Source: Bacteroidales bacterium UBA1176 (GTDB taxonomy: Bacteria; Bacteroidota; Bacteroidia; Bacteroidales; WCHB1-69). From it: DNA of 64,000 nt. Under the pieces are notes generated by a model, which ran no database searches, had not been told where the DNA came from, and was given only the letters and a program-made list of their open reading frames with translations. A program made the position numbers and the translations under genes. Below are positions 9,109-17,271 of this stretch, in pieces (position 1 is the first letter of the stretch; each line of letters starts with the position of its first letter). Location: assembly GCA_002311645.1 (NCBI GenBank), contig DBYW01000003.1, positions 166,567 to 230,566 of the forward strand. Direction: 5' to 3'.

Positions 9109-10953
9109 TTACTCGACAGTCACTGATTTCGCGAGATTTCTTGGCTGGTCCACGTCGCGTCCCTTGGCGATGGCGATATGATAGGCCAACAACTGCAAAG
9201 GGATGACAGAGAGCAGCGGGACAAAGCACTCTTCCGTATCGGGAATCTCGAAATAGTAGTCGGAAAGGGCTTTCACATCGGTGTCGCCTTCCGTCACGAC
9301 ACTGATGATGCGCCCTTTTCGGGCCTTTATTTCCTGAATATTGCTGAGAATTTTCTCATAATGTCCACGTTTGGGCGCGATGACCACCACGGGCATCTCG
9401 TCATCGATGAGGGCTATGGGGCCGTGTTTCATTTCCGCAGCCGGATAACCTTCGGCGTGGATATAAGAGATTTCCTTGAGCTTGAGGGCGCCTTCGAGGG
9501 CCACCGGATAGTTGTATCCACGCCCGAGGTAGATGAAATTGCGAGCGTATGTGAACACCTTGGCGATGTCGGAGATAGTCTTGTCTTGTTCCAAGATTTT
9601 TGCAATTTTTCCCGGAATATGCTGCAATTCCTGGACCAGGACGCGCTCTCTTTCAGCCGAAAGAGTCCCTTTTTCACGAGCGATGCTGAGGGCCAGCAAG
9701 AAGAGCGTGGAGACTTGGGCCGTGAACGCCTTGGTGGAAGCCACGCCGATTTCAGGTCCGGCGTGTGTATAGCATCCTGTGTCGGTAGCGCGCGGGATGG
9801 ACGACCCCACCACATTGCAGATACCGAAGAGCAGTGCGCCGGATGACTTGGAAAGCTGGATGGCCGCAAGCGTGTCGGCGGTCTCGCCCGACTGGGAGAT
9901 CGGGATAACCACATCATCAGGATAGAGCACGGGGTTGCGATAGCGGAACTCGGAGGAGTACTCGACCTCGACGGGCACGCGCGCCAATTCCTCAATGATG
10001 TACTTGCCGATGAGGCCGGCATGCCAGGACGTGCCGCACGCACAGATGATGATCCGGCGCGCATTGAGCAGCCGTTTCCGGAAGTCAATGACGCCGGAGA
10101 GCTTCACCTCACCCGTCTCGACATTAAGACGGCCTTGCATGGAGGTTCGCAGCGTGTCGGGCTGCTCGAATATCTCCTTGAGCATGAAATGCGGGAACCC
10201 GCCCTTCTCAATCTGGCTCAAGTCCAACTGCAGGCGCTGGATGACGGGCGTTTGTTCCACGTTGCGCAGGTCAACAATCCTCAGATCCTTTCCTCTTTCC
10301 ATGAAGGCTATTTGTTCCTCATCAAGATAGACCACCCTGTCGGTATACTCGATGATGGGGGTGGCATCGGAGCCTAAGAGGTATTCGTCGTCGCCGACGC
10401 CGATGATGAGCGGGCTGCCCTTGCGGGCTGCGATCATCCTGTCAGGGTGTTCCTTGTCGATGATGACGATGGCATACGCGCCCGTGAGCGTGTTGAGTGC
10501 CAAGGGCACCGCCTCCTCCAACGACATCTTGTGGGAATCCATAACATATTGTACAAGCTGCACAATAACCTCCGTGTCCGTATCGCTCTGAAAATGGTAG
10601 CCCATGGCAAGCAACTGCGTTTTGAGGGACTGGTAGTTCTCGATGATGCCGTTGTGGATGAGCGCGAGGTTCTTGGATTCCGACCAATGGGGATGTGCAT
10701 TGCGGTCGCTGGGCTCGCCGTGCGTGGCCCAACGGGTGTGCGCGATGCCCACGGTGCCGGTAGTGTCCTTGTCGGCCACAAGCGCCTCCAAGTCCTTAAC
10801 CTTGCCTTTGGTTTTGTACACGGAAAGTTGTCCGTTGTCGTTCACGAGGGCAAGTCCCGCGCTGTCATAGCCGCGGTATTCAAGACGAGTGAGCCCTTTG
10901 ATGAGTATCGGGGAAGCCTGCCGATGGCCGATGTATCCTACAATTCCACACAT
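9109..10953 (-). CDS. glmS: Glutamine--fructose-6-phosphate aminotransferase
   Basis: Ntn start MCGIVGYIG, two SIS domains and C-terminal KSVTVE. The start is trimmed to the internal Met because the -7 box at 10993 lies downstream of the longer ORF's ATG. Confidence 0.93.
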   Translation of the reverse strand: MCGIVGYIGHRQASPILIKGLTRLEYRGYDSAGLALVNDNGQLSVYKTKGKVKDLEALVADKDTTGTVGIAHTRWATHGEPSDRNAHPHWSESKNLALIHNGIIENYQSLKTQLLAMGYHFQSDTDTEVIVQLVQYVMDSHKMSLEEAVPLALNTLTGAYAIVIIDKEHPDRMIAARKGSPLIIGVGDDEYLLGSDATPIIEYTDRVVYLDEEQIAFMERGKDLRIVDLRNVEQTPVIQRLQLDLSQIEKGGFPHFMLKEIFEQPDTLRTSMQGRLNVETGEVKLSGVIDFRKRLLNARRIIICACGTSWHAGLIGKYIIEELARVPVEVEYSSEFRYRNPVLYPDDVVIPISQSGETADTLAAIQLSKSSGALLFGICNVVGSSIPRATDTGCYTHAGPEIGVASTKAFTAQVSTLFLLALSIAREKGTLSAERERVLVQELQHIPGKIAKILEQDKTISDIAKVFTYARNFIYLGRGYNYPVALEGALKLKEISYIHAEGYPAAEMKHGPIALIDDEMPVVVIAPKRGHYEKILSNIQEIKARKGRIISVVTEGDTDVKALSDYYFEIPDTEECFVPLLSVIPLQLLAYHIAIAKGRDVDQPRNLAKSVTVE

Positions 10954-10992
10954 AATGAGTTTGTTTTGTTTGGCTTTGAGTTTTAAAAATTG

Positions 10993-11000
10993 CAAAAATA
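10993..11000 (-). promoter_or_regulatory. -7 box TATTTTTG for glmS
   Basis: Reverse complement of CAAAAATA, 40 nt upstream of the MCGIVG start. Confidence 0.45.
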
Positions 11001-11141
11001 CTGTTTTTTTTCTTAAACAAATCAACCCAATTCCAAAATCAAAAAATCAAGTGTCTGGCATACAATATTGGTCCTCCTTTTATTAAAATTCCACTGTTTA
11101 CAAATAAAGAGCAGAATAAAAATAAACGCACACTTTTTTTC

Positions 11142-11149
11142 TATTTTTG
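11142..11149 (+). promoter_or_regulatory. -7 box TATTTTTG for the TPR gene
   Basis: TAnnTTTG match 38 nt before the ATG at 11187. Confidence 0.45.
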
Positions 11150-11186
11150 TCCGTTTATTGTAATCTCGAACAAAACGACCATTTAT

Positions 11187-14100
11187 ATGAAGATATTGAA
11201 ATCCAGCCTGCTCACGATTGTGTTTCTGACGGGCTTTCTGACATGGACGACAGCGCAACGCACCGAGAACTTCAAGACCCCGCAATACGAGTTCAAGACG
11301 GCCATGGATCTCTTTTCCAACGAAAAATTCGGCTCGGCCCAGCAGTATTTCAAGCAGGTGTACGAAAAGACCACAGACATGCAGCAAGACCTGCACACCA
11401 ACTCCTACTTTTACATGGGCGTGTGTGCGGAAAAGCTCGACAATCCCGACGCCGCCTATCTGCTGCAAGGCTTCATCGACCGCTACCCCGTGCACTCGTA
11501 CGTCCCCGAGGCACGCTACTACTTGGGCCGCCACTATTTCAGCCGCAAACAGTGGAAAAAGGTCATCGCACAGTACGAGCTCATCTACGAAAACGAGATC
11601 CAGCCCGAAAATGTGGCGGAATATCAGTTCAAGAAGGGCTACTCCTATTTCATGACCAGCGATTATGAGCGCGCCAAGTCGCTCTTCAAACAGGCCCGCG
11701 AATCGTCCGGTCCCTACAAGCTACGCTCCATCTACTATTTGGGATACATGGCCTATCAAGACGGCCAATACGAGGCCGCCTTGGAGGATTTCCTCATCCT
11801 GAAGGACGAGCCTGAATACAACAAGGATGTGCCCGCATTCCTCACCCAGATCTATTTCAAGCAAGGCGAGTATGAAAAAGTGCTGGATGTGGCTCCGAAA
11901 ATCACATCCTTCAACGACCCGACCCAACTGCAGTCGCTGCGTTGTGTAGCCATCTCGCAATATGCCCTCAACCAATACGAAGACGCCGCCAACAATTTCG
12001 ACCGCCTGCTCTCCTCCGACAAAATCATCCTCGACCGCAACGACAACTTCGCCGCCGGCTTCACCTACTACCGCACCGGGCGTTATGCCGACGCCGTCAA
12101 CTGCTTCTCCAAGAGCATCAACGACAAGAACCCCGACATGATGACCCAGAACAGCTACTACCTCATCGGGGACTGCTACCGCCGCAGCAAGCAGGAGAAC
12201 CTGGCCATCCAGGCCTTCAAGGAGGCATCGAAGCTCGACTTCAACGCCGACATCAAGGAGGATGCACTGTACAACTACGCCAAGTTGCAGTGCCAGACAT
12301 CCACGAGCCCCTTCAACAACGGCATCGAGGCCCTGCAGGAGTATAGCAACCGCTACCCGCACTCCTCCCGCAGCGAAGAGGTCTCCTCCTATCTTTCCAA
12401 ACTCTACCTCTCCACCAAAAATTACCAGGCAGCCATCAACTCGATAGAAAAGCTCAGCAGCAAGTCGCCCGAAATTTTGCGCGCCTACCAGCGTTGCACC
12501 TACTTCCGCGCACTTGAGCTCATCAACAACCGCAACTACAACGATGCCCTCAAGTGCTTGGATAAATCCCTGAGCGCGCCCATCGACAAGGACATCAACC
12601 TCAACGCCCTCTACTGGAAAGGCGAAGCCCAATACCGCAACGAGAAATACCAGGATGCATACTACACTCTGCAAACCTATCAGAAGAGCTCCGGAGCATC
12701 CTTCAACGAGAACTACGTCAACTCCAACTACACCCTCGGCTATGCCGCGCTCAAGATCAAGCGCTATCGCGACGCCATCACCTTCTTCAAGAGCTACCTC
12801 TCCAAATATGGCAACGCCGACGACAGAGCCATGCAGGCCGACGCCACCGCCCGTGTCGCCGACTGCTATTTCATGCAACAAGACCTTTCCAATGCCATCA
12901 AATACTACGACCAGTGCGAACGCATGGGCGAGGCCAACGCCGACTATGCCGTCTACCAATTAGCCAAATGCTACGGCTACCAGAAGAACAACACCAAGAA
13001 AATCGCCGCCCTGGAACGCCTCACCAGCAGCTACCCGCGTTCGGCTTACCGCGATGACGCCGAATACGACCTGGCCGTCACCTACCACACACAGAACGAC
13101 TATGGACAAGCCATCGTGGCATACAAGAACTTCATCCAACAACATCCCAAGAGCCAGCATGTCCGCCAGGCCCACACGCGCCTCGCGCAGGCCTACATGA
13201 ACAGCGGGAACACCTCCATGGCCATCTCCACCTACAAGTACGTGGTAGAGACCTATCCGGGTTCTCAGGAGGCCAGGGACGCACTTGCCAACTTGGAGAC
13301 CATCTACACGGAGGAAGGCAACACCAGCGAGTTCTTCGACTACATCCGCAACAAGAACATGAACATCTCCGCCGACCGCCAAGACTCCATCGCGTTCCGC
13401 GCCGCCGAGACCAAGTACAACCGCAACGACTGCGACGGGGCGGTGCGTGCCTGCCAAGAATACCTGCGCCAGTTCCCCAACGGCACCTTCGCCGTCAAGG
13501 CCCACTTCTTCAAGGCCGAATGCCAATACGGTGAGCGCCAATACGACGAAGCTCTCGCAGACTATGAGGCTGTCATCAAGGGACACCGTTCCGATTATGA
13601 GGTCACCGCGCTCCACAAGGCATCCTCCATCCTCTACAACAAGAAACAATACTCTAAAGCGCTCTCCTACTTCAACAAGCTGACCGAAAGCACCACCGAT
13701 CCCGACGAAGTGCTCTATGCCAACAACGGGGCGATGCGCAGTGCATACTTCTTGAAAGATTACCGCAACGCCCTGACCGCCGCCGTCAACGTGGTCAACG
13801 CCAACCAACCCGACGACGTGCTGCTGCAGGAGGCCCTGCTGGTCGCCGGCAACTCCGCCAAGGAACTCGGCCAGTACAATGATGCCAAACAACATTACGC
13901 CCGTCTGGTCAAGAAGGGGACCAACGACCTTTGTGCAGAAGCCGCCTACCATCTCGCCGACATCGCCCTCAACCAAGACAAGGATCTTGCCGACTGCGAA
14001 AGCCGCATCCAGAACATCCTCGGCAGCAACTACACCTCCGAATATTGGTACGCACGCACCTTCATCCTCTATGGAGACCTCTACAAAGCCAAAGGCAACT

Positions 14101-14228
14101 ATTTCCAGGCCCGCCACACCTACCAGAGCATCGTCGACAACTACGACGGCGATGACCTTGTGACCATGGCACGCGAAAAGATTGCCGAGATAGAAGCCCT
14201 TGAAGCCAAAGAAAACAAGAACGAATAA
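11187..14228 (+). CDS. Large tetratricopeptide-repeat protein, 1013 aa, secreted
   Basis: Signal peptide followed by many TPR-like A/Y-rich 34-aa units along the whole length. Confidence 0.75.
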   Translation: MKILKSSLLTIVFLTGFLTWTTAQRTENFKTPQYEFKTAMDLFSNEKFGSAQQYFKQVYEKTTDMQQDLHTNSYFYMGVCAEKLDNPDAAYLLQGFIDRYPVHSYVPEARYYLGRHYFSRKQWKKVIAQYELIYENEIQPENVAEYQFKKGYSYFMTSDYERAKSLFKQARESSGPYKLRSIYYLGYMAYQDGQYEAALEDFLILKDEPEYNKDVPAFLTQIYFKQGEYEKVLDVAPKITSFNDPTQLQSLRCVAISQYALNQYEDAANNFDRLLSSDKIILDRNDNFAAGFTYYRTGRYADAVNCFSKSINDKNPDMMTQNSYYLIGDCYRRSKQENLAIQAFKEASKLDFNADIKEDALYNYAKLQCQTSTSPFNNGIEALQEYSNRYPHSSRSEEVSSYLSKLYLSTKNYQAAINSIEKLSSKSPEILRAYQRCTYFRALELINNRNYNDALKCLDKSLSAPIDKDINLNALYWKGEAQYRNEKYQDAYYTLQTYQKSSGASFNENYVNSNYTLGYAALKIKRYRDAITFFKSYLSKYGNADDRAMQADATARVADCYFMQQDLSNAIKYYDQCERMGEANADYAVYQLAKCYGYQKNNTKKIAALERLTSSYPRSAYRDDAEYDLAVTYHTQNDYGQAIVAYKNFIQQHPKSQHVRQAHTRLAQAYMNSGNTSMAISTYKYVVETYPGSQEARDALANLETIYTEEGNTSEFFDYIRNKNMNISADRQDSIAFRAAETKYNRNDCDGAVRACQEYLRQFPNGTFAVKAHFFKAECQYGERQYDEALADYEAVIKGHRSDYEVTALHKASSILYNKKQYSKALSYFNKLTESTTDPDEVLYANNGAMRSAYFLKDYRNALTAAVNVVNANQPDDVLLQEALLVAGNSAKELGQYNDAKQHYARLVKKGTNDLCAEAAYHLADIALNQDKDLADCESRIQNILGSNYTSEYWYARTFILYGDLYKAKGNYFQARHTYQSIVDNYDGDDLVTMAREKIAEIEALEAKENKNE

Positions 14229-14240
14229 CACTTGACCGCT

Positions 14241-16145
14241 ATGAATACCATCACTCCCATGCATAGAATCAGAATCACCGTTTTAGTCGTCTTCGCACTG
14301 CTGTGCTCGCCATCCCTGCATGCACAGGTGGTCGACTCCGCGCATCTGCTCATCCATTACGTGCCCAAGCTCGGCACGGCCACCAAAATGAACGAACAAG
14401 CGGCCATCAACGACACACTCAAGGAGAACGTCACCTACACCTACGAGATCAGCCCGCAGAAACCGGAGCTCAACTTCAACCCCTCCGACATCAAGGTCAG
14501 CAAGCTCGACCCCGAGGTGAAGGAGGTGCTCTACCGCAACTACATCAAGCTGGGCTTCGGCTATCCCATCACCCCCTTGGCGGAGTTGTCGATGCACAAC
14601 TGCCAGAATGCCAAATACTCCTACGGCCTCAATTTCCACCACTTCTCCTCCTGGGCACCGCCCATCGGCAAAATACAGAAGCAGTATGCCTATGCTCCCA
14701 CCAGCGACACCCGGCTGCACCTCTTCTTCAACCGTTTCTTCCAAAACCAGACCTTGTACTCATCCGTCGGCTACAACCATGAGTTAGCCAACCTCTACGG
14801 CTACAACCGCAACTGGGGCATCCCTGAGCAATACTACGCCAAAGAGTACCGCGACAGCATCCACAACAACTTCAACCACGTGCGCGCCGAGATTGGCATC
14901 CGCTCCAACTACACCACCGAGGACAAGAAGTTCAAGGAGGACGTGAAACTCAAATACGACTTCATACACACTTACTGGAAGGACATGGAACACGATGCCG
15001 GACTGCGTGCCATCTTAGCCTATGATGCAAGATTCCTGAAAATTTCCGGCTACCAGCACTATCAATTCGACATCGACTTCGACTTCTACCACAACCATTG
15101 GGGCGACTCCGTGAACATTGGGGCGCATGAGATCCGTCGTGTACCACGGCTCACCAACAGTTTCAAGGTCGAGTTCCGCCCGACGATGAACTTCACCATC
15201 AAAGAGTACCACCTTCTGGTGGGCGTGGGCGTGCCTATTGTCATGGCCAACAACAAGTCCCACGTGCCGGTCTACCCTATCGCCGAGTTGCAAATGGGGC
15301 TCGTCCGCGGCCTGCTCAGCCTGTATGTGGGCGTGGACGGCAAGTCGGAGTACAATTCGCTGCAAAGCCTGCTGTACGAGAACCCTTACGTCAAACCGCA
15401 ACTTGACAGCCTGAAGTTCACCCGTTCGCAAATCAGCATCTATGGCGGCGTGAAAGGCAATATCGTCAAAAAACTCAACTATCACATCTCGGCCCGCTAC
15501 GCCTACGTGAAGGACTATCCGTTCTTCGTTTTGGACACGCGCAGCCAACTGAAGAACCAATTCGACCTCATGTACGCCGACAAGGGGAGCACGCTCAACG
15601 TCTGCGCCAACCTCAGCTGGGAAGCCATCAACCACCTCTACCTCAACCTGACGGCCAACTATTGGGACTACTTCTTCCTGCACCTTGACGTTCCCGGCAT
15701 CGGACACCTTGAAAAACCGCTGTACAAGCCGCGCTGGGGCATCGGCTTCGAAGGCAAGTACATTCTCCGTGACAAATTCATCTTGGATCTGAATGCGAGC
15801 ATCGCGTTCGGCCGCAGCGCCATTTCGCCCGTCACGGCCACCGACTCGCTCGGCAATACCTATATCAGCCACTATGAAGTCATCAACGACTTGCAGAAAA
15901 ACAACGAAGGCAAAAAGTTGATGAAACCGATCCTCAACTTTGGCGTGGGCGTCGAGTACCTCATCAACAAGCAACTGACCGCCTTTGCGATGGTGAACAA
16001 CATCGGCTGCCAATACGCCTCCACCTACTACAACTTCAACAATTTCGGCATCAATGTGTTAGTGGGTGTCAGCTACTCCTTCGGCAACGAACCGCTGAAG
16101 AATGTCAGAAAAAAGAAGAGCACAACAACCCAACCAGTCCAATAA
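14241..16145 (+). CDS. Putative outer-membrane beta-barrel (porin-like) protein
   Basis: Signal peptide ...VFALLCSPSLHAQ and alternating aromatic/Gly beta-strand pattern throughout. Starts 3-12 nt after the TPR gene. The start codon is uncertain (TTG 14232, ATG 14241 or ATG 14259). Confidence 0.6.
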   Translation: MNTITPMHRIRITVLVVFALLCSPSLHAQVVDSAHLLIHYVPKLGTATKMNEQAAINDTLKENVTYTYEISPQKPELNFNPSDIKVSKLDPEVKEVLYRNYIKLGFGYPITPLAELSMHNCQNAKYSYGLNFHHFSSWAPPIGKIQKQYAYAPTSDTRLHLFFNRFFQNQTLYSSVGYNHELANLYGYNRNWGIPEQYYAKEYRDSIHNNFNHVRAEIGIRSNYTTEDKKFKEDVKLKYDFIHTYWKDMEHDAGLRAILAYDARFLKISGYQHYQFDIDFDFYHNHWGDSVNIGAHEIRRVPRLTNSFKVEFRPTMNFTIKEYHLLVGVGVPIVMANNKSHVPVYPIAELQMGLVRGLLSLYVGVDGKSEYNSLQSLLYENPYVKPQLDSLKFTRSQISIYGGVKGNIVKKLNYHISARYAYVKDYPFFVLDTRSQLKNQFDLMYADKGSTLNVCANLSWEAINHLYLNLTANYWDYFFLHLDVPGIGHLEKPLYKPRWGIGFEGKYILRDKFILDLNASIAFGRSAISPVTATDSLGNTYISHYEVINDLQKNNEGKKLMKPILNFGVGVEYLINKQLTAFAMVNNIGCQYASTYYNFNNFGINVLVGVSYSFGNEPLKNVRKKKSTTTQPVQ

Positions 16146-16170
16146 ACCTTGGACGTTTGCAAAAAAATCG

Positions 16171-16178
16171 TATTTTTG
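16171..16178 (+). promoter_or_regulatory. -7 box TATTTTTG for the tRNA gene
   Basis: TAnnTTTG match 28 nt before the tRNA 5' end. Confidence 0.45.
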
Positions 16179-16205
16179 CAGCCTCAAAAGATTGCACGGC
16201 AATCG

Positions 16206-16279
16206 GGTCCCATAGCTCAGTTGGTTAGAGCAGCTGACTCATAATCAGCGGGTCCTTGGTTCGAGCCCAAGTGGGACCA
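16206..16279 (+). tRNA. tRNA with CAU anticodon (elongator Met or lysidine-modified Ile2)
   Basis: Hand-folded cloverleaf: acceptor GGTCCCA/TGGGACC, D arm GCTC..GAGC, anticodon arm GCTGA-CTCATAA-TCAGC, T arm CTTGG-TTCGAGC-CCAAG. CCA is not encoded. Confidence 0.88.
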
Positions 16280-16289
16280 CCCTGGAACG

Positions 16290-16327
16290 CAACCTTCCCA
16301 TTTTAAACACGGGAGGGTTGTTTTTTT
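16290..16327 (+). terminator. Rho-independent terminator after the tRNA
   Basis: CAACCTTCCC/GGGAGGGTTG stem with one G-T pair, followed by T7. Confidence 0.65.
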
Positions 16328-16350
16328 ATGCCATGAAAAAAGGGGAATTA

Positions 16351-16800
16351 TATACTTTATGGCACAAATCAGGGCATCTGCATCATTTTTATTTGGGCGT
16401 GCCGGCGCGGCGGCGGAAAATCACATTCGTTCCGTAGAGACGCAATGCATTGCGTCTCTATAATCACGCATATAACCAGATGTTTCCACCGCCGCGCCGT
16501 CGGGCTTTTCACTACAATGATTTTGGCTTAGATTCCGCCACCATTCCGCGAGACGCGAAGCGTCAAGCGAAACCTCCGTCTCGCCAGGGAACCCATTCTC
16601 GCCAAAATCATTTCCGTTTCAATCCCTCACGCAGGCTCGTCGGGCACTACTCCTGTTCCGCGGCGAACAAAGCTCAATCTCGTATCAATGTTCTCCCGCG
16701 CCGCGATTTTCCCGCGCACCATCCCCCTCCCAGGGGTTAAAGCGCTCGTTCCTCACGCTTTAACCCCTGGCTACCGAGCCCTTGCCCCTAACGGGGCTGC
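16351..16800. repeat. Palindrome-rich repeat, copy R1 (left end only; right end missing or degenerate)
   Basis: Collinear with 55352-55760, including an identical 37-mer CATTCGTTCCGTAGAGACGCAATGCATTGCGTCTCTA. Contains a 26-nt perfect palindrome at 16435-16460. Confidence 0.8.
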
Positions 16801-16812
16801 TTAAAGAAGAAT

Positions 16813-16966
16813 CCAATGTCCAACATCTAATGACCAATATCCAACCACCAACAGCCAACATCCATATTTTCTACTAATGGTTGTTAGACGTTGGATGTCG
16901 GCTGTCGAAATTAATTTCTTAATTATCAACGCCAAACACCAACCACCAATAACCAATATCCAAGCA
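16813..16966. repeat. Heptad-periodic CCAAYNN arrays (8 units, an inverted block, 5 units)
   Basis: Units CCAATGT CCAACAT CTAATGA CCAATAT CCAACCA CCAACAG CCAACAT CCATATT at 16813-16868. Inverted units at 16879-16907. Five more units at 16932-16966. Confidence 0.75.
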
Positions 16967-17052
16967 TCACGGGTACTTTTCTGAAACACAGCCATATCCC
17001 TTGAATCCTTGTAAAAAAAAGGCATATTCCATCCGATATCGTATTTTTTTCC

Positions 17053-17060
17053 TATTTTTG
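17053..17060 (+). promoter_or_regulatory. -7 box TATTTTTG, candidate promoter of the giant-protein operon
   Basis: This is the only exact TAnnTTTG match I found between the repeats and the ATG at 17272. It implies a leader of about 200 nt. Confidence 0.4.
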
Positions 17061-17271
17061 CGCGACAAATAATGCGTATTTTTTCTGCATCCGCTCAGCC
17101 TGTCACTCCCAGATACAGCATCGCTCAAAAATCTCATTGACAGGACTTTATTTAAAAAAAAGAACATTTTGGCTCTGACCGGCCAAATTTGTTCAACAAT
17201 ATAATCGTCCCGATTATAACGGGACACTGTTGACTTGAATAATAACAAAAGTATAAAACATATTTCGGTTT

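Noticed and set aside
10954-11025. Longer glmS start (MICLRKKT...)
   Set aside because: GlmS needs Cys as its first mature residue (MCGIVG), and the -7 box at 10993-11000 lies downstream of the longer start.
16450-16740. 96-aa ORF, and the 196- and 222-aa ORFs at 55425-56122
   Set aside because: They lie inside the palindrome-rich repeat copies. Their translations are Arg/Pro-rich, the frame is not conserved between the two copies, and the palindromes read the same on both strands.
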